From assembly GCA_905479995.1 (NCBI GenBank), contig CAJQON010000002.1:35263-99262 (forward strand): DNA of 64,000 nt. Reading direction: 5' to 3'. The notes beneath the pieces were generated by a model. It was not told the origin of the DNA and made no database searches. It saw only the letters and a list, made by a program, of their open reading frames with translations. How positions within the stretch are numbered: position 1 is the first letter of the stretch; the number at the start of each line of letters is the position of its first letter. A program made the position numbers and the translations under genes. Source of the DNA: an uncultured Flavobacteriales bacterium. Lineage in GTDB: Bacteria; Bacteroidota; Bacteroidia; Flavobacteriales_E; Vicingaceae. Of the stretch, positions 38,475 to 48,543 are shown in pieces.

Positions 38475-39373
38475 AAAGAAGGATCAGTGCTAGCGTTCAA
38501 TTTCTCCTTTTTTGCTTTGGAATAAACAATAGAAATTCCCGGAGTTGTGCCCAAGGTTTGATGAAAAGAAGACGATAAATCAATTTTAAAATGTTGGAGC
38601 TGCATTCCAAACCCAAAAGAATATTGACTAGGATTGGTAGAAATTCCTCCACGCAAATAAAGCAATTCAGTAATGTGATATTCAACTCCTACTTTAACAA
38701 TAGCCGTATAATTTAAATTCTTTTCTGTAGCTATACCTAACATTACTTTATCCGAAAACTGATACGCCAAACCCAATTTCATAATGGTGGCAATTTTTTC
38801 AGTGTCATATTCTGCTAATGGAGTTCGCGTAGGATTATACACATGCACCCCTAAACTTAATTCATTGTTTAGTTTGGCAATAAGACCTATTGCTCCTGTT
38901 ATTGAGTTTTGAGTACCGTATTCTTGTGACAGTTTAGTGTTTAAATAATTCAATTGAACGCCTAGGGCAAAACGTTCGCCAAACCTTTGTCCGTAAGACA
39001 ATCCGGCTTTGGTTTCTGCGTATAATTCATAACCAAAAGAAGCGACACTTACACCAAAAGCACCTGTTTTTACTGGCATTACAAAAACGCCAGCACGGTA
39101 ACTTGTTTCTTTCAACAAAAATCGATTTTCATAAAATAGTGCACCCGAAACTGATGTTACAAAACCCAAACCTGCTTGATTGTTGTTGGTAGACCAGCAG
39201 TCGGAAAGGGTAACGTTGTAACCACCCATTCCAGTGGAATTGGCACCAACAACATCATTGGCTACTTGTCCATATAATGGTATTATACTAAAACTAATTG
39301 TGTAAAATATAGCCAAATATTTGGCCCAGCTGCATAGGATTTCTGTTTTACACCTATGGCATTTTCTTTTCAT
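38471..39373 (-). CDS. Outer-membrane beta-barrel protein (PorV/PorQ-like superfamily)
   Basis: GANSTGMGGYNVTLSDCWSTNNNQAGLG resembles the ...A.GMGG......D......NPAGL motif of that superfamily. Ends in F. ATGA-type 4-nt overlap with the downstream gene. Subfamily is uncertain. Confidence 0.5.
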   Translation of the reverse strand: MKRKCHRCKTEILCSWAKYLAIFYTISFSIIPLYGQVANDVVGANSTGMGGYNVTLSDCWSTNNNQAGLGFVTSVSGALFYENRFLLKETSYRAGVFVMPVKTGAFGVSVASFGYELYAETKAGLSYGQRFGERFALGVQLNYLNTKLSQEYGTQNSITGAIGLIAKLNNELSLGVHVYNPTRTPLAEYDTEKIATIMKLGLAYQFSDKVMLGIATEKNLNYTAIVKVGVEYHITELLYLRGGISTNPSQYSFGFGMQLQHFKIDLSSSFHQTLGTTPGISIVYSKAKKEKLNASTDPSF

Positions 39374-39965
39374 TTTTTAGGGTATTCCAAGTCGCATACA
39401 TGGCTTCTTGTTGGGGTCTATTCGGTTCGATTTCTCGAAGTGGTTCGCATTCTTTTAAGGTATCTTTACATTCTTGGGGTAAAGCTTGATAAAGGGCAGT
39501 TCCTTTGGTTTTCCATGCAATCATGTCGTCACTCACTTGTTTCACAATTTTTGCAGGGTTTCCTACCAATAAGCTTCTGTTGGGAATTTCCATTTTAGCA
39601 GGAACAAAACTTAAGGCGCCTACTATACATTCATCTCCCATTACAACATCATCCATTATTACACTGTTCATTCCTATTAAACAATTTTCACCAATTATTC
39701 CTCCATGAATAATTGCACCATGTCCAATGTGTGCTGCTTTTTTTAAAATAGTTGTTGTTCCAGGAAACATATGCACCGTGCAATTTTCTTGCACATTACA
39801 TCCGTCCTCTATAATTATTTGGCCCCAATCGCCTCTAATAGCAGCACCTGGGCCTATGTATACATTTTTACCAATAATTACATTTCCAGTAACTGCTGCT
39901 TGTGGATGCACAAAAGAAGATTCGTGCACTACAGGTTTAAATCCATTGAATTCGAAAATGGCCAT
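39354..39965 (-). CDS. paaY: PaaY-like hexapeptide-repeat protein (gamma-carbonic-anhydrase fold thioesterase/regulator)
   Basis: MAIFEFNGFKPVVHESSFVHPQAAVTGNVIIGKNVYIGPGAAIRGD...IGHGAIIHG...VGNPAKIVKQVSDDMIAWKTKGTALYQAL is collinear with E. coli PaaY as I remember it. Confidence 0.75.
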   Translation of the reverse strand: MAIFEFNGFKPVVHESSFVHPQAAVTGNVIIGKNVYIGPGAAIRGDWGQIIIEDGCNVQENCTVHMFPGTTTILKKAAHIGHGAIIHGGIIGENCLIGMNSVIMDDVVMGDECIVGALSFVPAKMEIPNRSLLVGNPAKIVKQVSDDMIAWKTKGTALYQALPQECKDTLKECEPLREIEPNRPQQEAMYATWNTLKNEKKMP

Positions 39966-40154
39966 ACTAACATCTATTTCATGTAAATATAATGCTTTTT
40001 CAACTAGAATACTTTTGTAATAACAACCCCAAATTTAAAAAAATGACTCCATAGTCAATTTGTGCAAGTTTTGTGCATCAATAAAACATAATTATTACGC
40101 CCTTAGCTATTTATTTACCGAATAATATTTAAAACTAAGTTGTTGGACGAGCGG

Positions 40155-41831
40155 TTACCAAATAAAAATATCAAACATCTCAAAAGGTCGTTCGGCATTG
40201 CGCCAATTAAAGCCTTTTAATAACAATTCTTTTGGAGGCACATCTTTTATAGGGCTCAATTCTCCTTCTGGAGTATTGATAAACGTTAAGGTTTCTATTT
40301 CATTCTCCTTTAAGAAGGCTAACATGTCATTACCGCTTAAATGATTTACACCGATGTATTTTCCGTCATCGTCTAAAGGATAATAAATTGTTTCAGCATT
40401 TTGCTTTACATCAATTTTTCTCAATTCATCTTCTTCAAAATAACCAATCATGTCTATGCCTTTTATTTGATTGTAATTTTCTGATAAGGAATCTACTTTA
40501 GAAATAATAAACGCATTGTTTTCCATGTAAATTCGGTCAATTTCTTCATCTGCCATAAGCAAGTATATAAAGTCTGCCGTAATTTGATTGTCGATTGACC
40601 AGATAACAGGATCGTAGTGGAAATTGATGGTAGAATCGGAAAAGTTATAGACAATAGAATCTGCTTTGCCTTGCATATCACTTTTAAAAAACTTAGCATG
40701 GTTGTAAGCAAATAAAGTTCTAATAGTATCTCCTTTTATACCCAAAGTATCAATCGCTAGTGCCAATGAATCTTTCAATACATATTGGGTAGAAATTTTA
40801 AAGGTATCGGCATGCATGTACATTGTGTCGTCCTCAAACATTTGCTGCATCATGGCTTCACTCGTAATCATAGCACTGTCTTGCAATTCAAAAATGTGCA
40901 TTACATCACCTTGAAGAATTAAATTTTCTAGGGTATCGGTAATTGTTCCGTTGCATATTATTTCCCCAAACCCCAATTCTCTATCGTAAAACAAAGTGTC
41001 GCCTTCAATTAATTTTTCTTCAGAAAAGAGGTAGGCGTTTTTATAAAATTTAGACTTATTGCTCACGGTATTATACCATCCATCTTCGGTATAAATAAAA
41101 TTGTCTTTACTCTTTATAGTTGTTGGCCCCAAAAAATTCACAATTTCTGATGCAGAATTATAGTTTAAGGTATCAGCCTCTATGGTATACTCTGGATTGA
41201 CTAAAACAACATTTCGCTTAAAGTAAAATGCTTCTCCATTAGAATAGTAATAGCCTTCATCGCTGGTTAAGGTGTTATTTTCTTTTTGGTTTACCATTTT
41301 TCCACCACCATAATAATAGGCTACATTATCTGTTCTGTTGTAATCTAAAAAGTTGGTGGTTAAGGTAACGTCACTATTAATTAGCCTTATGTCTCCTCTC
41401 AAAATGGCAATTTTAGTATTGGCATCGTATTTTAAAGAATCTCCAAAAATTTTAAGCGAATCTCCTTGATTGATCCTTACATGACCAAAAGCATCCATGG
41501 TATTTCCAGGATACATAATTGCGCTATCACAAAACATTAAAGCATCATCATGCTGAAACTGTACATTGCCTGTTAACTTTTGTACGTCTCCGTTTTTAGT
41601 TGTTTTATTCTGTAATACGTCACTATTTAAAATTTTTATTTTGGTTGATTTTCCCTTTTTAGGAGATTGGGCAAAAGAAATAGAAGTAACTAAAAGGAAC
41701 AACAAAGCAAAAAGTCCTCCTTTGAAGGAGGACTTTTTTAATTGATATTTTAGTTGTTTATTTTCCAATTGTAATAAAAAATATTTTGATGACGCTTCAA
41801 CAGGCTCAGCGGGACAATAGTAATAGATCAA
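40155..41831 (-). CDS. OstA/LptD-N-like domain protein (periplasmic/OM, 5' end uncertain)
   Basis: Repeated beta-jellyroll-like segments (GNVQFQHDDALMFCDSA, GDIRLINSDVTLT...). Signal peptide LFALLFLLVTSISFAQ. There is no in-frame ATG upstream of the signal peptide, only TTG at 41831 and 41768. Confidence 0.65.
   Translation of the reverse strand: MIYYYCPAEPVEASSKYFLLQLENKQLKYQLKKSSFKGGLFALLFLLVTSISFAQSPKKGKSTKIKILNSDVLQNKTTKNGDVQKLTGNVQFQHDDALMFCDSAIMYPGNTMDAFGHVRINQGDSLKIFGDSLKYDANTKIAILRGDIRLINSDVTLTTNFLDYNRTDNVAYYYGGGKMVNQKENNTLTSDEGYYYSNGEAFYFKRNVVLVNPEYTIEADTLNYNSASEIVNFLGPTTIKSKDNFIYTEDGWYNTVSNKSKFYKNAYLFSEEKLIEGDTLFYDRELGFGEIICNGTITDTLENLILQGDVMHIFELQDSAMITSEAMMQQMFEDDTMYMHADTFKISTQYVLKDSLALAIDTLGIKGDTIRTLFAYNHAKFFKSDMQGKADSIVYNFSDSTINFHYDPVIWSIDNQITADFIYLLMADEEIDRIYMENNAFIISKVDSLSENYNQIKGIDMIGYFEEDELRKIDVKQNAETIYYPLDDDGKYIGVNHLSGNDMLAFLKENEIETLTFINTPEGELSPIKDVPPKELLLKGFNWRNAERPFEMFDIFIW
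41711..41740. terminator. Bidirectional-looking hairpin GTCCTCC-TTTGAA-GGAGGAC flanked by A and T runs
   Basis: Read directly: aaaaGTCCTCCtttgaaGGAGGACtttttt. On the minus strand it lies about 110 nt after the purA stop and is followed by TTTTTGCTTTG. It sits inside the annotated N-terminus of 40155-41831. Confidence 0.45.
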
Positions 41832-41850
41832 ATCCTATCTGTTTCAAGTA

Positions 41851-43131
41851 TTATACCAGTACGCTTTCTCTCATTAAGGTTTGTTTTCTGTCTGGTCCAA
41901 CTGATACAATGGTAATAGGAACGTTTAATTCTTGTTCTAAGTATTCCACATAGCCATTTAATTCTGCTGGAACTTCATCAATTGATGACAGTTGTGTTAA
42001 ATCTTTCTTCCAACCTTGTAGTTCTTTGTAGATAGGTTTAACCTCTGTAGAAACAATATCATACGGCATGTAATCAATTATTTCTCCGTCTACATCATAA
42101 TGTGTACATACTTTAATGGTATCAAAACCATCTAAAACATCAGCTTTCATCATAATTAATTGAGTTACTCCATTAATCATTATAGCATATTTTAATGCTG
42201 GTAAATCTATCCATCCACATCTTCTAGGTCTTCCTGTTGTAGCACCAAATTCATGTCCAACAGTACCTAAAGTCTCCCCATCCTCATCAAATAATTCTGT
42301 AGGAAATGGACCGCTACCAACTCTAGTACAGTACGCTTTAAATATTCCAAAAACTTCACCAATTTTATTGGGTGCAATACCTAATCCTGTACAAGTTCCT
42401 GCAGCAGTTGTATTGGAAGAAGTTACAAAAGGGTAAGATCCAAAATCGACATCTAACAATGTTCCTTGAGCGCCTTCAGCCAAAACTGATTGACCATTAT
42501 TCATTGCTTCATTTACAAAATGCTCACTATCAATAACCGTTAAAGATTTTAACAATTTTACGCCTTCATCAAAATCAGCTTGTAACTCTTCTAAATTGTA
42601 TTCGTAATTGTGAAATTTTAAAATCTGCTTGTGTTTTTCAACCAATTGATTGTAACGAGCATCAAAATCTGACATAAATAAATCACCAACTCTTAATCCA
42701 TTACGACCTGTTTTATCCATGTAAGTTGGTCCAATTCCTTTTAAAGTTGATCCAATTTTTTCTTTTCCTTTTGCCTTTTCAGAAGCAGCATCTAATAATC
42801 GATGCGTTGGTAAAATTAAATGTGCTTTTTTAGAAACGAACATTTTTTTGTTTACGTCCACATTCATGGCCACAAGTGCGTCAATTTCTTTTTTTAAGAT
42901 AACAGGATCTATTACCACTCCATTTCCAACAACATTTGCTACGTCATCATGAAAAATACCTGAAGGTATAGTGTGCAATACGTGCTTTATTCCGTCAAAT
43001 TCTAAAGTATGACCAGCGTTTGGCCCACCTTGAAAACGACCAATAATATCGTATTTAGGAGTTAAAACATCTACAATTTTACCTTTACCTTCGTCTCCCC
43101 ATTGAAGACCTAATAATACATCTACTTTCAT
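41851..43131 (-). CDS. purA: Adenylosuccinate synthase
   Basis: LLGLQWGDEGKGKIVD, GPNAGHT, GTTGRPRRCGW. Confidence 0.96.
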   Translation of the reverse strand: MKVDVLLGLQWGDEGKGKIVDVLTPKYDIIGRFQGGPNAGHTLEFDGIKHVLHTIPSGIFHDDVANVVGNGVVIDPVILKKEIDALVAMNVDVNKKMFVSKKAHLILPTHRLLDAASEKAKGKEKIGSTLKGIGPTYMDKTGRNGLRVGDLFMSDFDARYNQLVEKHKQILKFHNYEYNLEELQADFDEGVKLLKSLTVIDSEHFVNEAMNNGQSVLAEGAQGTLLDVDFGSYPFVTSSNTTAAGTCTGLGIAPNKIGEVFGIFKAYCTRVGSGPFPTELFDEDGETLGTVGHEFGATTGRPRRCGWIDLPALKYAIMINGVTQLIMMKADVLDGFDTIKVCTHYDVDGEIIDYMPYDIVSTEVKPIYKELQGWKKDLTQLSSIDEVPAELNGYVEYLEQELNVPITIVSVGPDRKQTLMRESVLV

Positions 43132-43134
43132 CTG

Positions 43135-43479
43135 TTATATCAATATTTTTTTAGCATCTCCCACTGTTTCTTCAATGTTAAAAATGCTATTCAGTTTGGT
43201 GATTATCAATAGTTTATTAATTTTTTCTGGAAGATTTGCTAACACAACTTCCCCGCCTTTATTTCTTGTTTGTGTAAATATGTTAATCAACACACTTAAT
43301 CCTGTACTGTTCATGTACTGTGTTGCTGACATGTCTATTATAATTTTTTTTAATCCTTGTGTAAACAAAAATTCTAATTCTTCCATTAATCCTGAAACCT
43401 GTTGCTTATTCAACAAATCTCCTTCTAAAGCAACAAATATAATTTGATCTGCCTGTTCTATTTTGTAGGAAAAACTCAT
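43135..43479 (-). CDS. STAS-domain protein (SpoIIAA-like anti-sigma-factor antagonist)
   Basis: 114 aa. [18 protein letters not shown] keeps the phosphorylatable Ser position of SpoIIAA-type proteins. Confidence 0.8.
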   Translation of the reverse strand: MSFSYKIEQADQIIFVALEGDLLNKQQVSGLMEELEFLFTQGLKKIIIDMSATQYMNSTGLSVLINIFTQTRNKGGEVVLANLPEKINKLLIITKLNSIFNIEETVGDAKKILI

Positions 43480-43925
43480 GCTTCTTTAGTTTCGTTTTTT
43501 ACACCATAAAAATTTAGTGAATGGTGCATAATGTTAACGTCAAACATTTCTTCTAATGTTTTTTTAATATTTTGAATACGTGGATCACAAAACTCAATCA
43601 CTTCTCCATTGCTTAAAATAATATGATCATGTTGTTTTGAACCAAAAGACTTTTCATATTGAGCCATATTGTTGCCAAATTGGTGTTTTCTTACCAAGTT
43701 AGCGTCCATTAATAAGTCTATGGTATTGTATAAAGTAGCTCTACTTACCCTATATTTTTTATTCTTCATAGAGATATAAAGTTCTTCAATAAAAAAATGT
43801 TCGTCATTGGAATATACCTCTTGCAGTATGGCGTACCGTTCTGGCGTTTTACGATGCCCTTTTTCTTCTAAAAAATCAGTAAATATGTTTTTTACTTTCT
43901 GTTGAAGTTCTTCTCCTGTATTCAT
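43476..43925 (-). CDS. Fur family transcriptional regulator
   Basis: 149 aa. [13 protein letters not shown] winged helix, [17 protein letters not shown]...EFCD metal-site region. 4-nt overlap with the STAS gene. Confidence 0.85.
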   Translation of the reverse strand: MNTGEELQQKVKNIFTDFLEEKGHRKTPERYAILQEVYSNDEHFFIEELYISMKNKKYRVSRATLYNTIDLLMDANLVRKHQFGNNMAQYEKSFGSKQHDHIILSNGEVIEFCDPRIQNIKKTLEEMFDVNIMHHSLNFYGVKNETKEA

Positions 43926-44012
43926 TAGAGCTTATTAAGGAGTAAAAATAAATATTAATTAGCTACAATCACCACTATGTTAATGCTTTGTTCATAAGTT
44001 GTAAAGATGCGT

Positions 44013-46226
44013 TTAGTTGTCTCTTCGCTCCACTTTTGTAACTCCCTGTACCTTTTTAAGATTGGCAATTAAATCGGTTAAGTGAACGGTGTCGTGCACA
44101 TACAACTTTACGCTTCCTTCAAATATACCATCGTCACTTTCAAAACTAATTGAACGCATATTTACGTTTAACTCGTTGCTAATAATTTGAGTGATATTAT
44201 TTACAATACCCATATCATCAATACCAGTAATGCTAATTCCTGCTAAAAATGCAATGTTTTTATCGTCAACCCAGCGTGCTTTTATTACCCTATAGGCATA
44301 ATTAGACATTAACTGAGTAGCGTTGCTACAATTTACTTTATGTATTTTAATTCCATCGCTAATGGTAACAAAACCAAACACTTCATCGCCAGAAATTGGA
44401 TTACAACAAACTGCCAAGGTATAATCTAGCTTTTCCATATTGTCGCCAATTAACAACGCCTGCTTTTTGCTTGCGGGCTTATCAGTTGCACCAGATCTGC
44501 GCTGACCAATATAACTGGTCACTCTTTTTCTTATGGTTTTTTTAGGTTGTAATACTCCTTTCTTAACTTCAAACCCTTTTAAGTGAGTCAAGTTAATATC
44601 TCCAGTTGCAACTTTGTAGTATAAATCTAAATCAGAAAGTACTTTATAGTATTTTTGAAGCTGACGCAAACTAATATTTTCGTAAGCAATTTTAAGTCGT
44701 TTAAATTCTTTTTCGAGTATTGCCCTACCTTCAGCAGCAACCTCTCTTTTATCATCTTTTAACGATGATTTTATTTTGGCTTTTGCGCGGTGGGTAATTA
44801 CAAAGCTCAACCAATCTTCTTTAGGTCGTTGTTTTTGAGAGGTTAAAATTTCCACTTGATCACCACTTCTCAACACATGGCTTAACGGAACTAGCTTACT
44901 ATTTACTTTGGCTCCCAAGCACTTTTCTCCAACTTGAGTATGCACAGCAAAAGCAAAATCTAAAGCAGATGCTCCATTAGGCAGGTTTTTCATATCACCA
45001 TTTGGAGTAAACGCAAAAATTTCATCTGAATAAAGATTCAATTTAAAATCATCCATAAAATCAAGTGCATTACCTTCCTGATTTTCTAATAATTCACGCA
45101 CTTGACCTATCCAAACATCAAACTGACTTTCTCCTTTTCCCTCTTTGTATTTCCAATGAGCCGCAAAGCCTTTTTCAGCAATATCGTCCATTCTTCGGGT
45201 TCTAATTTGCACCTCTACCCATTTTCCTGTAGGACTCATTACGGTGGTATGCAAAGATTCGTAGCCGTTGGCTTTAGGAACAGAAACCCAATCTCTTAAT
45301 CGATCAATATTGGGAGAGTAAAAATCTGTAACAACAGAATACACCTGCCAACACAAGGCTTTTTCATCTAACTCTTCATTATCTATAATTATCCGAATGG
45401 CAAACAAATCGAATACCTCCTCAAAAGGAACATCCTTTTTCACCATTTTATTCCAAATGGAATGAATAGATTTTGACCTTCCTTTTATTTCAAACTTTAC
45501 TCCTTTCGCTTCTAATTCCTTTTTAATAGGAGAAGAGAATTTTCGAATAAATCGTTTTCTTACCTCTTCAGTTTTCTTTAAGTTATTTTGAATACTCTCA
45601 AAACCTTCTGGTTCTGTGCATTTTAACGACAAATCTTCTAATTCAGATTTAATGGCATGCAATCCTAATCGATGCGCCAAAGGTGCGTACAAAAACAACG
45701 TTTCGGATGCAATTTTTAATTGTTTATCCCTACGCATTGAACCGATTGTCCGCATGTTGTGCAAACGGTCGGCTAGCTTTATTAAAATAACTCTAACGTC
45801 TTCAGATAAGGTGAGTAAAACCTTTTTAAAATTTTCTGCTTGTAAGGAAACTGTAGCATCTACTACTCCAGAAATTTTGGTTAAACCCTCTATGATCCTA
45901 GCTTCTTTTGAGCCAAAAATTCGCTCAATGTCTTCAACTGTTATTTCGGTGTCTTCAACTGTATCGTGTAATAAAGCACACACAATAGAAGTTGCTCCTA
46001 AACCAATTTCCTCAGCACAAATTCGTGCTACAGCTATTGGATGAAAAATATATGGCTCTCCAGATTTTCGCCTTACATCTTTGTGTGCTTCTGCCGCCAC
46101 ATCAAAAGCAGTTTTAATACGCTTTTTTGTTTCTGTATCTTTTTTGGCATGTTTTGCCGCCCTCAACATCCCTTTATAGGCTGCTAATATATCTTGTTTT
46201 TCCTGTTCTAAATCAATCTCGGGCAT
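44013..46226 (-). CDS. Bifunctional (p)ppGpp synthetase/hydrolase (RelA/SpoT homologue)
   Basis: 737 aa. HD domain HPIAVA...LLHDTVEDT, synthetase YESLHTTV, TGS and ACT regions. Confidence 0.93.
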   Translation of the reverse strand: MPEIDLEQEKQDILAAYKGMLRAAKHAKKDTETKKRIKTAFDVAAEAHKDVRRKSGEPYIFHPIAVARICAEEIGLGATSIVCALLHDTVEDTEITVEDIERIFGSKEARIIEGLTKISGVVDATVSLQAENFKKVLLTLSEDVRVILIKLADRLHNMRTIGSMRRDKQLKIASETLFLYAPLAHRLGLHAIKSELEDLSLKCTEPEGFESIQNNLKKTEEVRKRFIRKFSSPIKKELEAKGVKFEIKGRSKSIHSIWNKMVKKDVPFEEVFDLFAIRIIIDNEELDEKALCWQVYSVVTDFYSPNIDRLRDWVSVPKANGYESLHTTVMSPTGKWVEVQIRTRRMDDIAEKGFAAHWKYKEGKGESQFDVWIGQVRELLENQEGNALDFMDDFKLNLYSDEIFAFTPNGDMKNLPNGASALDFAFAVHTQVGEKCLGAKVNSKLVPLSHVLRSGDQVEILTSQKQRPKEDWLSFVITHRAKAKIKSSLKDDKREVAAEGRAILEKEFKRLKIAYENISLRQLQKYYKVLSDLDLYYKVATGDINLTHLKGFEVKKGVLQPKKTIRKRVTSYIGQRRSGATDKPASKKQALLIGDNMEKLDYTLAVCCNPISGDEVFGFVTISDGIKIHKVNCSNATQLMSNYAYRVIKARWVDDKNIAFLAGISITGIDDMGIVNNITQIISNELNVNMRSISFESDDGIFEGSVKLYVHDTVHLTDLIANLKKVQGVTKVERRDN

Positions 46227-46244
46227 GAATACTTTTTACAATTT

Positions 46245-47453
46245 TTAAACTCTTTCTATTACCGTTGCATAACCTTGACCAACACCAATACACATTGTTA
46301 CCAAGGCATATTTTTTATTTTGTTTGTGCAATTCTAATGCAGCACTTTGCAAAATCCTAGAACCTGTCATTCCTAATGGGTGACCAATTGCAATTGCTCC
46401 ACCATTTGGATTAATTCGAGGGTCATTATCGTCCAATCCCATTTTACGGGTACAAGCCAAAGCTTGTGCTGCAAAAGCTTCATTTAGCTCTATTACATCC
46501 ATATCATCTAAGGTTAAACCAGCTCTTTTTAATGCTTTTTCTGAAGCATAAACTGGACCTATTCCCATAATTCGTGGTTCAACTCCCGCAACTGCGCTTG
46601 ACACAATCCTTGCTTTTGGAGTTAAGTTATATCTGTTTGCAGCTTCTTCTGATGCAATTAACATTGCTGCAGCACCATCATTTAATCCCGATGAGTTTCC
46701 TGCAGTAACAGATCCCCCTTCTTTTTTAAATGCACCTCTTAATTTTCCTAAAACTTCTAAGGATGAATTTGATTTTACAAATTCATCTAGAGCAAAAATG
46801 ATGGGATCTTTTTTACGTTGAGGAATGGATACTGAAATTATTTCTTCTGCCAATCTTCCATTTTGTTGAGCAGCTGTAGCTTTCATCTGACTCCAATAAG
46901 CAAACTGGTCTTGATCTTCTCTACTAATATTATAAAGTTCTACTAAGTTCTCGGCTGTTTCTCCCATTCCATGAACTCCGTAAAGCTCTTTCATTTTTGG
47001 GTTGATAAAACGCCAACCAAAACTAGAGTCATACATTTTTGAATCTGTTCCGTAAGGTCGTGCCGATTTAGACATCACATAAGGTCCCCTCGACATATTC
47101 TCTACTCCTCCAGTCACGTAAATATCTCCATCACCCAACTTAATTGCTCTAGATGCGTTTATTGCCGAAGCCATTCCTGATGAACACAGTCTATTAATTG
47201 TTTCGCCACCAACTTGCCAAGGCAAACCAGCTAACAACCCCGACATTCGAGCAACATTTCTATTGTCTTCTCCAGCCTGATTGGCACATCCAAATAATAC
47301 ATCTTCAATTTCTTCTTGAATAACTGAAGGGTTTCTGTTCATTAACTCCTTAATAACTAAGGCTCCTAAATCGTCTGTTCTAACTGCTGCTAATGTTCCA
47401 CCAAAGTTTCCTACTGGAGTTCTTATGGCATCTATAATATATGCTTCTTTCAT
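46245..47453 (-). CDS. Acetyl-CoA C-acyltransferase (thiolase; 3-oxoadipyl-CoA thiolase-like)
   Basis: 402 aa. [11 protein letters not shown] active-site Cys, [22 protein letters not shown]. Confidence 0.9.
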   Translation of the reverse strand: MKEAYIIDAIRTPVGNFGGTLAAVRTDDLGALVIKELMNRNPSVIQEEIEDVLFGCANQAGEDNRNVARMSGLLAGLPWQVGGETINRLCSSGMASAINASRAIKLGDGDIYVTGGVENMSRGPYVMSKSARPYGTDSKMYDSSFGWRFINPKMKELYGVHGMGETAENLVELYNISREDQDQFAYWSQMKATAAQQNGRLAEEIISVSIPQRKKDPIIFALDEFVKSNSSLEVLGKLRGAFKKEGGSVTAGNSSGLNDGAAAMLIASEEAANRYNLTPKARIVSSAVAGVEPRIMGIGPVYASEKALKRAGLTLDDMDVIELNEAFAAQALACTRKMGLDDNDPRINPNGGAIAIGHPLGMTGSRILQSAALELHKQNKKYALVTMCIGVGQGYATVIERV

Positions 47454-47509
47454 GTAGTTTTGAGATTTTTATGATAAAGTAAAGGTAATAAAAATGGTAC
47501 TTTTATGGT

Positions 47510-47875
47510 ATGGATGCAATAGAAAACTTTATAGCAGATTATACCGCTGACCAGCAGGCTATCCTACACTATTTTCATCAGTTAATAAAAGACTTACCAA
47601 AGGTTTCTTCTAAAATAAGTTATCGCGTTCCATTTTATTACCGCAACAGATGGCTCTGCTATCTAAATCCAAAAAAAGATGGTGGAGTAGATTTAGCTTT
47701 TTGCCGAGGCAATGAACTGTCTAATGAAAATGGATTATTGGAAATAAAAAATAGAAAACTGATTGCTAGTATTACTTTTTACAAGCTTAAAGACATTCCA
47801 AAATCAGCAATCAATGAAATTTTACATGAAGCAATCTTACTAGATGAACATGTTTTGAAATCTCCTAAAAAATAA
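47510..47875 (+). CDS. DUF1801 (YdhG-like) domain protein
   Basis: 121 aa. Pattern ...ILHYFHQLIKDLPKVSSKISYRVPFYY... as remembered for DUF1801. Confidence 0.65.
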   Translation: MDAIENFIADYTADQQAILHYFHQLIKDLPKVSSKISYRVPFYYRNRWLCYLNPKKDGGVDLAFCRGNELSNENGLLEIKNRKLIASITFYKLKDIPKSAINEILHEAILLDEHVLKSPKK

Positions 47876-47876
47876 T

Positions 47877-48293
47877 TTACCACACCTTACTAGTTCGATA
47901 AACCGTGCCTTTAAATAAAGCAACTACTTCCTTTTTTTGATTGCAAATGGAAATGTCGTACACCGCAATTTTATTGGTCAATGATTTTTCGGTGGCAGTA
48001 GCAATTAACACATCACCAATTTCACAAGGTTTGGTGTGTGATATAGAAGTTTCTACTGAAACCGATTTTCTTCCGTGAGAATTAGAAGCAAAAGCCAAAG
48101 CACTATCTGCCAAACTATACGTTATTCCACCATGTGCAATACTAAAACCATTAGTCATCTCACTTCTTACTGTCATTTTCAACTCACATGAACCCTCTGC
48201 TATACTCAACAACTCAATACCCAACCAAATGCTAAAAGCATCGTTGCTTAGCATGTTTAAAACAATTTGTTCTGCCGTAGTTTTTCCTTTCAT
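47877..48293 (-). CDS. paaI: Hotdog-fold hydroxyphenylacetyl-CoA thioesterase
   Basis: 138 aa. NGFSIAHGGITYSLADSALAFA is the PaaI-type motif. Confidence 0.8.
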   Translation of the reverse strand: MKGKTTAEQIVLNMLSNDAFSIWLGIELLSIAEGSCELKMTVRSEMTNGFSIAHGGITYSLADSALAFASNSHGRKSVSVETSISHTKPCEIGDVLIATATEKSLTNKIAVYDISICNQKKEVVALFKGTVYRTSKVW

Positions 48294-48543
48294 TATAAGT
48301 CAATATTATGAATCCAAATTTAACAAAATTTAAACCTGAATCTCTTCCGTTAAAACTCTTTATTTTATATACTTTTAGTTCCTACAATAATCAAAAATTT
48401 AACTTACAGAGCTATCAAAAAAGGAGTATGATAACAGATTGTACTGCATTGTCCCCCTTTTGTACACCTCTTAAATGTCATGTTTAACTGATTATTAATT
48501 TACTTTGTAAATATAAATTGTACTTAACTATTAAAAGAAAACG

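Noticed and set aside
39356-40020. Four plus-strand ORFs (67-97 aa) stacked over one locus
   Set aside because: All lie antisense to the PaaY-like hexapeptide-repeat gene. Repetitive codon structure commonly leaves the opposite strand open. They have low-complexity, Cys/Phe-rich translations and no start context.
41721-41733. AAGGAGGA resembling a strong Shine-Dalgarno site
   Set aside because: It is one arm of the perfect hairpin. Other genes in this window lack SD sequences, as expected for Bacteroidota, so I do not treat it as a ribosome-binding site.
45616-46044. 142-aa plus-strand ORF
   Set aside because: Entirely antisense to the well-supported RelA/SpoT gene. Its composition is that of a shadow ORF.
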